From the NCBI GenBank assembly GCA_002344065.1, contig DDTK01000011.1, positions 641,977 to 705,976 of the forward strand: a DNA stretch of 64,000 bases. Reading direction: 5' to 3'. Shown piece after piece: positions 46,170 to 55,892 of the stretch (the stretch's first letter is position 1; each line of letters opens with the position of its first letter). The DNA comes from Flammeovirgaceae bacterium UBA2366 (GTDB lineage Bacteria; Bacteroidota; Bacteroidia; Cytophagales; Cyclobacteriaceae). The position numbers and the translations under genes are program-made. The notes under the pieces are model-generated. The model saw nothing but the letters and a program-made list of their open reading frames with translations. It was not told where the DNA came from and made no database searches.

Positions 46170-46649
46170 ATGAAAATTTATAACCTGAAACGAACCCAGT
46201 TTTTACCCATTTCCTTGCAGGAAGCCTGGGATTTCTTTTCCAGCCCGGCCAATCTTTCCAAAATCACCCCCGAACATATGGGTTTTAATATCCTATATAT
46301 GTCTGGCGGACCCAAAATGTATCCCGGTCAGGTAATCCGATACATTGTTTACGGTCTGCCCGGAATACCCATGAACTGGATGACCGAAATTACCCATGTT
46401 CAGGAGCCCTACTATTTCGTAGATGAACAGCGTTTTGGACCGTATGCATTGTGGCACCACCAACATCATTTTAAGGAAGTTGATGGTGGAGTGGAAATGA
46501 CGGATGAGGTTAATTACGCCATACCACTTGGGCTCCTTGGCCGTCTGGCCAATTGGTTATTTGTAGGGCGCGAGGTAAATCGTATTTTTGAGCACCGTTA
46601 TCAGGTGTTGGAGAAATATTTTAACGATAGGATAGCAGAGCCGGCATGA
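46170..46649 (+). CDS. SRPBCC-superfamily (START/cyclase-dehydrase-like) protein
   Basis: The start is set to the ATG at 46170 (MKIYNLKRTQFLPISLQEAWDFF...), which removes the overlap with 44716-46155. The size (~159 aa) and N-terminal pattern fit SRPBCC/COG4276-like proteins. Confidence 0.65.
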   Translation: MKIYNLKRTQFLPISLQEAWDFFSSPANLSKITPEHMGFNILYMSGGPKMYPGQVIRYIVYGLPGIPMNWMTEITHVQEPYYFVDEQRFGPYALWHHQHHFKEVDGGVEMTDEVNYAIPLGLLGRLANWLFVGREVNRIFEHRYQVLEKYFNDRIAEPA

Positions 46650-47137
46650 GTATTTCATTAATTATAATTTGTTCCCTTATTGTCATTGCCACTTTTTTGT
46701 TCTGGGAGTTTGTAGCATGGTTTACCCATAAGTACATTATGCATGGTGTATTGTGGATTTGGCACAAATCACATCACACGGTACATGATCATGCTTTGGA
46801 AAAAAACGATTGGTTTGCTGTTGTGTTCAGCCTGCCCTCTATTGGTTTGTTTTGGTTTTCCTCCGCTACCAACAATGCCTACTTATTCGCGGTAGCTCTT
46901 GGCATTCTTTGCTACGGATTGTTCTATCTTGTTTTTCACGATGTAATCGTTCACCAGCGCGTGAAATGGCGCCCGGCTAAACGGAGCAAATATTTACAAC
47001 GGATGATTAATGCTCATTACGTACATCATGCCAAGCATACCAAAGAAGGTTGCGAAGCTTTTGGTTTCCTGTATGCTCCCAAAAAATACGAGCCTAAAAA
47101 ATTTGTATTAAAAACCGAAAGACAAGAAACCCAGTAA
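46646..47137 (+). CDS. crtZ: Beta-carotene 3-hydroxylase
   Basis: 163 aa with TMs and His boxes HKYIMHG, HKSHH, HDVIVHQR and HYVHH in CrtZ order. ATGA overlap with the upstream gene. Confidence 0.85.
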   Translation: MSISLIIICSLIVIATFLFWEFVAWFTHKYIMHGVLWIWHKSHHTVHDHALEKNDWFAVVFSLPSIGLFWFSSATNNAYLFAVALGILCYGLFYLVFHDVIVHQRVKWRPAKRSKYLQRMINAHYVHHAKHTKEGCEAFGFLYAPKKYEPKKFVLKTERQETQ

Positions 47138-47139
47138 CG

Positions 47140-47844
47140 GTGTTTAACGAGCGCTATCTCTACTTGTCGTTAGATTTGCTTTCTATAAGCTTACCATTTA
47201 TCTATAGCTTCTATTCCCCTGCACCCTTTTATAAAAAATGGAAAAATCTGTGGATTGCTATTCTTATACCTGCTCTGTTTTTTATTGTGTGGGATGAGTG
47301 GTTTACCCAAATGGGTGTGTGGGGATTTAATCCGCGGTATCTTACCGGAATCTATATTGGAAGTTTACCGCTGGAAGAAGTTCTGTTCTTTATTTGCATT
47401 CCCTATGCCTGTGTGTTCACCTATCATGCGCTGAACTATCTGATAAAGAAAGATTACTTCGGTCCGTATCAAACAAAAATAACCTGGATATTGGTTGCCG
47501 CTTTAATTATTCTTGGAGCTATCCATTACGACAAATGGTATACAGCCGTAACCTTTTTTCTGCTGGCAGCCTATCTGATCCTACTGATCGTTTTCATTAA
47601 ACCGGATTATCTAGGACGTTTTTATTTTGCCTACTTGTTTATACTTGTACCTTTCTTTATTGTGAACGGAATACTAACCGGTAGTTTTATAGAAGAACAG
47701 GTTGTATGGTATAACCCAGCTGAACAGATTGATTTTCGCATGGGTACAATTCCGTTTGAAGATACCTTTTACGGCATGCTGCTGATTGTGATGAATGTTT
47801 CGATTTTAGAATACCTGCAAAAAAGAAAAATCCCGCAAGGTTAA
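47140..47844 (+). CDS. crtY: Lycopene cyclase-domain protein (fused CrtYc/Yd heterodimeric-type lycopene beta-cyclase)
   Basis: 234 aa starting at GTG, 2 nt after the crtZ stop. It is polytopic and has two copies of the PLEE/PFED-type motif (LPLEEVLFF; IPFEDTFYG) expected of lycopene cyclase domains. Confidence 0.75.
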   Translation: MFNERYLYLSLDLLSISLPFIYSFYSPAPFYKKWKNLWIAILIPALFFIVWDEWFTQMGVWGFNPRYLTGIYIGSLPLEEVLFFICIPYACVFTYHALNYLIKKDYFGPYQTKITWILVAALIILGAIHYDKWYTAVTFFLLAAYLILLIVFIKPDYLGRFYFAYLFILVPFFIVNGILTGSFIEEQVVWYNPAEQIDFRMGTIPFEDTFYGMLLIVMNVSILEYLQKRKIPQG

Positions 47845-47860
47845 CTTGTGGGATTTTGTA
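47826..47860 (+). terminator. Rho-independent terminator closing the light-response operon
   Basis: AAAAATCCCGCAAG-GTTAA-CTTGTGGGATTTT followed by GTAT. The stem has one G-U pair and overlaps the last codons of the cyclase gene. Confidence 0.7.
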
Positions 47861-47879
47861 TGCTATACGGTATTAATTC

Positions 47880-48170
47880 CTAACCAATAATTTCAACTTC
47901 CTTTACCTTCTTTTCCTTTTTAGCCTTTAAACCATTTAGAGGCTTGGCTGCCTTCTTTTCAGCTTTTGCCGCTTTCTTTTCGGCCTTAATAGCCTTTTTC
48001 TTTGCTTCTTTATTATCCTTAACAACTGCAGAAGCCAGCTTTTTTGATGATTTGCTGATTAACTTTTTAACCTTTTTGGATGGCTTAGGATCTTCCAAGG
48101 TCACCACTTCGTTAATAGTACCCGCGAATTTATTCTTCAAGTCCTTTTTCAATGCTTTCGTTTTATTCAT
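47880..48170 (-). CDS. Lysine/alanine-rich histone H1-like small basic protein
   Basis: 96 aa with KKAIKAEKKAAKAEKKAAK repeats. The composition resembles bacterial histone-H1-like proteins. The antisense ORF at 47944-48192 is a low-complexity shadow. Confidence 0.55.
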   Translation of the reverse strand: MNKTKALKKDLKNKFAGTINEVVTLEDPKPSKKVKKLISKSSKKLASAVVKDNKEAKKKAIKAEKKAAKAEKKAAKPLNGLKAKKEKKVKEVEIIG

Positions 48171-48296
48171 AAAATTATCAATTGGGTCTTGAAGGTAGCG
48201 AATGTTGCCAACAGGTTAACCGTCTTAACAATAATTTAATATTGGAAAAGGTAATATCTTCATAGTAAACGAGTTAGAGGTTATTACCAATTATCA

Positions 48297-50705
48297 TTAT
48301 TCGTAACGCAATGATGTCGCTGCATTGGAATGGGCTGCCTTAATAGCCTGAAAACCGATGGTTAATGAGGCTACAACAAAGGCCATTAAGCCTGCCAATA
48401 CAAAAACCAATACATTCAGCTCTATCCGGTAAGCAAACCCTGCCAGCCATTGCCCCATAAAGTACCAGGCCGGAACCACAGCCAGTACAAAAGAAACAGC
48501 CACCAGCACCATAAATTCCTTAGATAAAGTGAGTACCAGGCGCGGTACAGAAGCCCCCATAGCTTTACGGATTCCAATTTCCTTGGTCCGTTGTTCGGTA
48601 AGAAACGCAGCCAATGCAAACAAGCCGAGACAGGCTATGAATATGGCCAGGGAAGAGAACACGGTAAACAGATCACGCATGCGCATCTCCGCTCTGAAAA
48701 GTGCATCAAAATCCTGATCGAGAAAACTGTATTCCAAAGGAATACCAGGGGCAAACTCTTTCCACAAGGTTTCAATTTTTGCCGTTGTCTCCGAAGGACT
48801 TCCTTCATAGCGCACCATAAGCTGGCGTGATACATCAATCAGTTGTATCACCAATGGTCGCACCTGGTTCTTCAACGATTCATAGTTGAAATCTTCAATT
48901 ACGCCAATAACGGTAATCTTCTTTGGCTGATCTCCACTAAAATCCAATATCTCAGAACCTACTGCTGTTTCCATAGTCCAGCCTAATTCACGAACGGCCG
49001 ATTCGTTAATCACACAGGCAGATGAATCTGAAGCCAGGTCTTGTGAAAAATATCGTCCTTCTTTTATGTTGAATTTCATAACTGCCTGATGATTCCAATC
49101 GGTAAAATAAGATGCCAGTAACCGATCTTGTTCAGACCCCGCAATTCTGAATACGTTAATATTATTAATTCCTGGAAAAAGATTGTTGGTGTACGATGAT
49201 GCTGTGATGCCGGAAAGCTGATCCAGTCTGTCTTTAAAACCTTTACGGCTTTCACCAATGTTGCGCATGTTCTGAATGGTGATTACCCGGTTTTTATCAA
49301 TGCCCAGGTTTCTATCCTGCATAAAGTTGAGTTGCTGAAACACCACAAGTGTTGCAGCAATTAGAAAAATGGAAACGCTGAACTGCACCACAACCAAAAA
49401 ACTTCGAACACCTTTGGTTTTCATACCAGAGCGTAATTTTCCTTTCAATACTTCCACCGGGTTGAAGGAGGTAAGATACAGGGCAGGGTAACTGCCGGCC
49501 AGTAAACCAACCAGTACAACCAGAGCGGATGCTATCAGGAAAAAATCAGTACTCAATAACGTGTTAAACGTTAAGGACTTCCCTGCCAGTACATTGAATG
49601 AAGGCAATAACAACCAGGCCAGTACACAGGCAAGGACCATTGCAATGAAGCTGTATATAAAAGACTCTGCAAGAAATTGCCCTACTAACTGGTTACGAAC
49701 TGAGCCTAACGTTTTACGTAACCCTACCTCTTTTGCCCTTCCGGCTGAACGGGCTGTGGAAAGGTTCATAAAATTGATACACGCAATAATCAGAATGAAT
49801 AAACCTACGGCAATAAAAATGTACACATACTTGATATCACCTGCAGGTTCAGGGTCGCCCTCCAGTTTGCTGCGAAGGTGAGTATCAACCATTGGGTATA
49901 CAAAGTAGCTATACTTACCACCTTGCTCCTTAAATTGTTCATAGGTAAGACCAAGCTGTTCAATCTCCGGGCCCACATGCTTAATTACAATTTCCTCCAG
50001 ACGTGCATCAACAGACGCAGGATCAGCACGATTATCCATCTTAACATAGGTAAACAATGAATTGCCTGTCCATCCTTTATAGATTTGATTATCTACCGTA
50101 CTAAATGACAGCAAGGCATGAAATTGAAAATGCGAATTAAAGGGCGGTATTTTGGCAACACCCGTAACCTTGAAGGATTTCTTGTCTGGCCCGATGGTAA
50201 GCAGCTTGCCTAAGGCGGGTTCATTGTCAAAATATTTCTTGGCCAGGTCTTCGGTAATGACAACAGAATTCGGTTCGGTGAGCATTGTGTTGACATCTCC
50301 TTCTACCAATTCAAAACTGAAAAAAGAAAAGAAGTTAGAGTCAGCATAAAATATTTTCTTCTCACTGAATGATTTATCCCCGAACGTAAAAACAACTGTA
50401 TTCGATGCAGGCCAAATTCTGGTGTAATCCGTAATACCGGGGATTTCCTCTTTCATTGTGCGACCTACCGGATAACAAGAATTGCTAACATTAAACTCCT
50501 GGCCGGCCATTCTACCCATTAACCCAACGCGGTAAATTTTATCGGCATCCTTATGAAATCGATCAAAACTCAATTCATCTTTTACATAAATAAAAATAAA
50601 GAGGCAGGCGGTCACACCAACCGTTAAGCCTGCGATGTTAATGGCCGAGAAAAACCTGTACTTAAGGATATTCCGGATGGCAATGGTGAGGTAGTTACGA
50701 AACAT
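48297..50705 (-). CDS. ABC transporter permease, double MacB_PCD+FtsX type (~800 aa), paralog 3
   Basis: The N-terminus MFRNYLTIAIRNILKYRFFSAINIAGLTVG is typical of this family. It has two FtsX-type 4-TM modules. Confidence 0.9.
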   Translation of the reverse strand: MFRNYLTIAIRNILKYRFFSAINIAGLTVGVTACLFIFIYVKDELSFDRFHKDADKIYRVGLMGRMAGQEFNVSNSCYPVGRTMKEEIPGITDYTRIWPASNTVVFTFGDKSFSEKKIFYADSNFFSFFSFELVEGDVNTMLTEPNSVVITEDLAKKYFDNEPALGKLLTIGPDKKSFKVTGVAKIPPFNSHFQFHALLSFSTVDNQIYKGWTGNSLFTYVKMDNRADPASVDARLEEIVIKHVGPEIEQLGLTYEQFKEQGGKYSYFVYPMVDTHLRSKLEGDPEPAGDIKYVYIFIAVGLFILIIACINFMNLSTARSAGRAKEVGLRKTLGSVRNQLVGQFLAESFIYSFIAMVLACVLAWLLLPSFNVLAGKSLTFNTLLSTDFFLIASALVVLVGLLAGSYPALYLTSFNPVEVLKGKLRSGMKTKGVRSFLVVVQFSVSIFLIAATLVVFQQLNFMQDRNLGIDKNRVITIQNMRNIGESRKGFKDRLDQLSGITASSYTNNLFPGINNINVFRIAGSEQDRLLASYFTDWNHQAVMKFNIKEGRYFSQDLASDSSACVINESAVRELGWTMETAVGSEILDFSGDQPKKITVIGVIEDFNYESLKNQVRPLVIQLIDVSRQLMVRYEGSPSETTAKIETLWKEFAPGIPLEYSFLDQDFDALFRAEMRMRDLFTVFSSLAIFIACLGLFALAAFLTEQRTKEIGIRKAMGASVPRLVLTLSKEFMVLVAVSFVLAVVPAWYFMGQWLAGFAYRIELNVLVFVLAGLMAFVVASLTIGFQAIKAAHSNAATSLRYE

Positions 50706-50776
50706 AATATGTGATTTTGGTTAACGTAATAAGTTGGTTTGCTGTGATGAGATGCTAATTAATACTATAGGGTTGC

Positions 50777-53206
50777 TTATTCGCTTTTTAAATTTTCAAC
50801 CGGATTGACAAAAGCAGCCTGTATAGTCTGAGAACCGATGGTAAGCCCTCCAAACAGAAGCAATACAGTTACACCAAATAAGATGGTAAGAGCATCAACA
50901 GACACATGAAAGTCAAAATTCTGCAACCAGAAATTATTGATAAAATAGGCTGCTGGTATAGCCAGCGCCATCGCCAACAACAGTATGGACACATAACCTT
51001 TTGAAAGAATAAGCACCAAAGATTGATTACTGCTGCCCAATACCTTTCGTAAGGCAATCTCTTTCTTACGGGTTTCTACCGTGTAGGTAGCCATGCCCAG
51101 TAAACCCAGGCAGGAAATAACAATAGCGAGGAATGCTACAAAGCCAAGAATTTTTACCAGTGTACCAAATACAATGTTGTAGAGTTCATTCATCTCTTCA
51201 TCAAAAGCCCGGATATCCGATTTTAACTCTGGAAATAATGAAGCCCACGATGCTTCGATCTTCTCCTTAACGGATACATAATCACCGGTGTAACTTACCT
51301 GAATTAAGCTGAATTCATCAGGGTTATACATCAAGGCCATAGGACCCAATTTATCGGCAAACATTTGATGATTGTAGTCCTTGACCACACCAATGATTTG
51401 CTTCTCCGTTGAGTCGGGTTGATTAATTAATATTTGTCCGATCGCATCCAGGTTAGAACCATACTGAAATGAACGGACCGCTTCTTCATTAATCACAATA
51501 AAATTCTTGTTTGATTCACCGGCACCGGCATCGAAGAAACGACCTGCCACCAACTCAATATCCATGTTCTGCAGATAATCTTCATCTACAGAAAAATAAT
51601 TCATACTCGTCCAGTCGGCATCAGTTAATGATTTTTTAAACCCATGGCCATAAACAATTCCTGCTGAAGGGATATGTGAAACTGCCGACACGCTGTTTAT
51701 GCCCGATAATTTTTTCAACTCATTTTTTACAACACTCTTGTCTGTCTCTCCGGTTCTAACTATGATTTTATTGGTTGTATTAAAACCTTTATCATAATTC
51801 ATAAACAATTGAAGTTGATTGTAGACTACTGTTACGGTGATAATAAAAATCAGTGACAAGGTAAATTGTGCTACCAGCAATGTCTTCCGCAGCCCCATCT
51901 TCGACATGAGCCTGGAGTTGCCTAAATTTTTAAGAACTTTTACAGGCTGAAAACCTGATAACACACCGGCTGGAAACAAGCCCGCGATGGTACCAACAGC
52001 GACAGCAAAAAAAAGAAAGAGTGCGTATACAAAATAATTTCCCTGCAAATCCCACTTCAGCGCACGCGCAAAAGCAAGCTCCAACATGTAAGGCTTTATC
52101 AACATCAACATACCTATAGCCAGCAACAGGGCAAAAAGCGCTACCACTACCGACTCACTTAAGAACTGAGTGAAAATCTGCCACCGGGCGGCACCTGTGA
52201 CTTTTCGAACACCAATTTCGCGCGCACGACCAAGAGAACGTGCAATGGAAAGATTAGTGAAATTGAAGCATGATGTTATTAATACGATTGCTGCAATTGC
52301 TGACATAAAATATATAATAATCCAAGGCATGAAAGGGCCGATAGGGTTATTGAGCATCTCACCCGGGGTAATTGACATCAATGACTGTGTTGAAAATTTT
52401 ACCGGCCTTGTATCGGGATTAGGAAGCTCTGTAAAATGATCATCATAAATTTTATCCAGGGCCACCTGAATATCCGCTGGGGTTTTTCCTTTCTCGAGCA
52501 TCACATAAACCCAGCCCATGGTAAAATTGTACCAATTGTCCAGGTCTTTACTGAATTTACCCACGGCAGTTAAACTGGAAACGGTACTGATACTGGCAAA
52601 TGCATCCACCGCAATATGCGATTTATGACCATTGTCTTTGATTACTCCGGTAACGGTGTAGATGCCAAGATCACCTACTTTAAATGTTTCGCCTACCGGG
52701 TTTTCCTGTTTGAATAATTTCTCAGCTGTTTCTTTTGTTAGGACAACTGAATACGGATCGCGAAGCGCTGTTTTTGGATTTCCATACTCCAATTCATAAT
52801 GAAACAGTTCAAGAATTTCCGCGTCAACGAAATATCCACTCACCGGAATATTCACATCATAGCCGGGTTCCAGTTCCATCCAGCCATTGCCAAAGCCACG
52901 CATGATGCGAACGGCTTTCTCTATACCCGTATATTTAGTCAGCAACTCATCACGCACAGGCAACGTTGCTGTAGCGTAAGGATTACCAATTTCCAGTCTG
53001 TTGTTTGGGTCGACCTGGCGTGTAGTGATCCGGTAAATTCTGTCTCTATCCGGGTTAAAGCGGTCATACATCATCTGATCAGCCACCAGCATCATTATGG
53101 CCATGCATATCGACATGGCTACGGCCAACCCAAAAATGTTGATGAACGAGAATACACGGTGCTTCAGAATATTCCGAATAGCAACAGTGAAGTAGTTTTT
53201 AAGCAT
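50777..53206 (-). CDS. ABC transporter permease, double MacB_PCD+FtsX type, paralog 2
   Basis: MLKNYFTVAIRNILKHRVFSFINIFGLAVA..., with the same architecture as its neighbours. Confidence 0.9.
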   Translation of the reverse strand: MLKNYFTVAIRNILKHRVFSFINIFGLAVAMSICMAIMMLVADQMMYDRFNPDRDRIYRITTRQVDPNNRLEIGNPYATATLPVRDELLTKYTGIEKAVRIMRGFGNGWMELEPGYDVNIPVSGYFVDAEILELFHYELEYGNPKTALRDPYSVVLTKETAEKLFKQENPVGETFKVGDLGIYTVTGVIKDNGHKSHIAVDAFASISTVSSLTAVGKFSKDLDNWYNFTMGWVYVMLEKGKTPADIQVALDKIYDDHFTELPNPDTRPVKFSTQSLMSITPGEMLNNPIGPFMPWIIIYFMSAIAAIVLITSCFNFTNLSIARSLGRAREIGVRKVTGAARWQIFTQFLSESVVVALFALLLAIGMLMLIKPYMLELAFARALKWDLQGNYFVYALFLFFAVAVGTIAGLFPAGVLSGFQPVKVLKNLGNSRLMSKMGLRKTLLVAQFTLSLIFIITVTVVYNQLQLFMNYDKGFNTTNKIIVRTGETDKSVVKNELKKLSGINSVSAVSHIPSAGIVYGHGFKKSLTDADWTSMNYFSVDEDYLQNMDIELVAGRFFDAGAGESNKNFIVINEEAVRSFQYGSNLDAIGQILINQPDSTEKQIIGVVKDYNHQMFADKLGPMALMYNPDEFSLIQVSYTGDYVSVKEKIEASWASLFPELKSDIRAFDEEMNELYNIVFGTLVKILGFVAFLAIVISCLGLLGMATYTVETRKKEIALRKVLGSSNQSLVLILSKGYVSILLLAMALAIPAAYFINNFWLQNFDFHVSVDALTILFGVTVLLLFGGLTIGSQTIQAAFVNPVENLKSE

Positions 53207-53331
53207 ACCAAACCAGGTTAGGAAATTTACAAAATTAACGAGCAGGTTAAGGAAGGTATGACTTAGACGTACACGCTGACTATAGGTTACAGGTTTAATG
53301 CCTGTAACTTAAATTTTATTGGCATTTGCAT

Positions 53332-55716
53332 TTACTCATCCCGCAACACATTCACCGGGTTCATGCGTGCAGTGTTATAAGTTTTCAATGCCACCGTTAA
53401 GGCCGAGGCCGACAATACAATCAACGAAGAAACCAACATAGCTGTAAATGTGGCCTTTTGATAAAACTTCCAGATGCTGCTCATCAGCATATCTGACATC
53501 CAAAATCCTCCGGCAGCACCCAAAGCACAAGCCACCAGCAGAATAATGGCGAATTCAGTATTAATAACCCGTGATATATTGGTGATGGATGCTCCTAAAA
53601 CTTTGCGCACGCCAATTTCTTTCATCTTTTTAATAATATTCAACGACACCAGTGTGAATAATCCGGTTATCGAAAGAAGAACTGCTACTACCCCCAGGAA
53701 GACAAACATTTTAACAATATTGGTATTTACAGTTATTGCTTCAACATTTGAATCGGACATATAGCGGCTTCCAAATTTTCGGTAAGGAAAAACTTCCTTC
53801 CATTTAGCTTCCATGTACTCGTTTACAGCTACAATCTTATCAACTGGTGCACTTACTAACAGATGCTTATATTTTTCAGGGCCACTAGCACGGATCATCA
53901 AAGGCTCCATTTCTCGCCATAACCCATTAGTATAAACATCTTTTACAACGCCAATAACATAGAACTTTGCCGTATCCATCCACACAATTTCTTTACCGAT
54001 GGGCTTATCCCATCCAAACTTTGAGGCCAGGCGTTGTGTAATAATTACGGACTCCTTACGGTCAGTTTCGGAATCAGCCATAAAATCCCTGCCTTCAACA
54101 AGGGTAAGTCCTGCTGTTTTCAGATAGCCATCACCCACATTAATGATATCCACTTCAATCTCTGTTCCTTCATGCTTGATTGGATCATTGTAATAGTTGG
54201 AAAAAAAGTGATGCTCCGATCCGGCAATGGAAATAACATCAGGATTTTGCGTCATAACATCGCGCAGGGTATTGTATTCTGCCTCGCTGTTTACCCAGGT
54301 AAACAGCACTTCTTTTTGGTTAAAGCCCAGATCGAACTCACGCTGGTACTGCGCATTTTCTGTAAATGCGATACTGCATACAATACCGATAAGCGATATG
54401 GCAAACTGAAGCGACAATAAAATGCGTGTGAAATAATTGGTACCGCCAAATTTCAATTTTCCTTTCAGGATGGATGTCGGCTGGAATTTACTGATGTAAA
54501 ACGCAGGGTAACTTCCGGCCAGTAAACCGGTAAAGAAAAGTATGCCGATCATGACAAACAGAAAATCAGGTTTACCGAAATAATCGGTGGTAAGTTTCAT
54601 GTATGGCCATAGAGAATTAAACGCAGGAATCAACAACCAGTCAGCAATCGCCATCCCGATCAACAGCGAAATGAAGCACACCATCATGGTTTCACCAATA
54701 AACTGGAACATTAACTGCCCGCGCATACTGCCCATGACTTTACGAATACCAATCTCCTTAAGTCTGCGTGAAGAAATAGCGATGGAGGTATTGGTTAGGT
54801 TAAAACATGCAATAAGTAATACAAAAATTGCCATAACAGCACATCCAACAACAGCAGCTATAGGTGATGCCTCGCGTGTCCACGTACCGGGTCGTTCAGC
54901 ATAGGTATCTCTCACAGCCATGCCTATAAAAGAATCCAGCTTATAACTTTTTATAATAAAGTCTTCACGAATCTTATTGTTATTTTCAACAAAGGGCAAT
55001 AATTGAGCTTCAATAGAAGCTATGCGTGCAGGGTTATCGAGCTGTAAAAACAGTGTGTTGCGGTAACGCCAACTCTTACCTTGTTCCAATTCGGACGCTG
55101 CTTCCCAATAATTTTCATACAAGGCAAAGGCCTCGTCATTAAAGCTTGAGTTGGTCGGGGGCAATTTAAACACTGCACCCACTTCAAATTCGCGAAGTTT
55201 ACCCTCTTGTAAAATGTGGGTAATAGGTTTACCCACTACATCGGTTGAATTAAACAAGCGAAGCGCGAGTTCATCACTAATGATCAGATTAGTTTTACTA
55301 TTGAGGGATGTTGGTGAGCCTTTGATGAACTCAAAAGTAAACATGGAGAAAAACTCAGGGTCAACATAGGATATCCTTGACCCAAAGATTTCGTCATTAA
55401 TCCGTAAATCCGCATATGTGTTGGAGTACCGTGTGCTAGCCTTTAAATCTTTGTTATTCTCCCGCACAATTTCGCCAAGGGGAACAGGTACCAGGCCATA
55501 TTCGGTGGTAGCACCCTGGAAATCGCGCACCATGTTAACCCGATAGATTTCAGGTGCATTTTTGTGATGATCATCAAAACTGGCATTAAAGTCGTAGTTG
55601 TACCAGGCGGTAATACAGCAGGCAATAGCAATGGCCATTCCCAGTATATTGATGAAGATGTAAACTTTGCTCTTCATCATACTGCGGAAGGTAATCAGTA
55701 AATAATTTTTTAACAT
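53332..55716 (-). CDS. ABC transporter permease, double MacB_PCD+FtsX type, paralog 1
   Basis: MLKNYLLITFRSMMKSKVYIFINILGMAIA..., with the same architecture. Confidence 0.9.
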   Translation of the reverse strand: MLKNYLLITFRSMMKSKVYIFINILGMAIAIACCITAWYNYDFNASFDDHHKNAPEIYRVNMVRDFQGATTEYGLVPVPLGEIVRENNKDLKASTRYSNTYADLRINDEIFGSRISYVDPEFFSMFTFEFIKGSPTSLNSKTNLIISDELALRLFNSTDVVGKPITHILQEGKLREFEVGAVFKLPPTNSSFNDEAFALYENYWEAASELEQGKSWRYRNTLFLQLDNPARIASIEAQLLPFVENNNKIREDFIIKSYKLDSFIGMAVRDTYAERPGTWTREASPIAAVVGCAVMAIFVLLIACFNLTNTSIAISSRRLKEIGIRKVMGSMRGQLMFQFIGETMMVCFISLLIGMAIADWLLIPAFNSLWPYMKLTTDYFGKPDFLFVMIGILFFTGLLAGSYPAFYISKFQPTSILKGKLKFGGTNYFTRILLSLQFAISLIGIVCSIAFTENAQYQREFDLGFNQKEVLFTWVNSEAEYNTLRDVMTQNPDVISIAGSEHHFFSNYYNDPIKHEGTEIEVDIINVGDGYLKTAGLTLVEGRDFMADSETDRKESVIITQRLASKFGWDKPIGKEIVWMDTAKFYVIGVVKDVYTNGLWREMEPLMIRASGPEKYKHLLVSAPVDKIVAVNEYMEAKWKEVFPYRKFGSRYMSDSNVEAITVNTNIVKMFVFLGVVAVLLSITGLFTLVSLNIIKKMKEIGVRKVLGASITNISRVINTEFAIILLVACALGAAGGFWMSDMLMSSIWKFYQKATFTAMLVSSLIVLSASALTVALKTYNTARMNPVNVLRDE

Positions 55717-55775
55717 GAACGAAAGGGTTGGTTACAGTATAAGACTCCCATCACACAATACAGGTTGCACTATTT

Positions 55776-55790
55776 CCAATAAAAGTGCCA
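55776..55790 (-). promoter_or_regulatory. Sigma54-like promoter element TGGCAC-N5-TTGG upstream of the permease genes
   Basis: The minus strand reads TGGCAC TTTTA TTGG, 60 nt upstream of the ATG at 55716. The pattern is the same as at 58097-58111. The canonical -12 element is TTGC. Confidence 0.4.
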
Positions 55791-55892
55791 GAAAAAGTTT
55801 GGCTTGAATTGAACAGCAACACTACATCTTCGCAGTTCATTTGTTCATTTACGAACAATTTGCTGTTCGTTTTCTAACAACTTTGCCTTGTT

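Noticed and set aside
47944-48192. 82-aa plus-strand ORF opposite the lysine-rich gene
   Set aside because: It is the Phe/Ala-rich mirror of the AAG/GCN-rich lysine/alanine repeats. The minus-strand frame has an ATG start and a sensible N-terminal non-repeat region.
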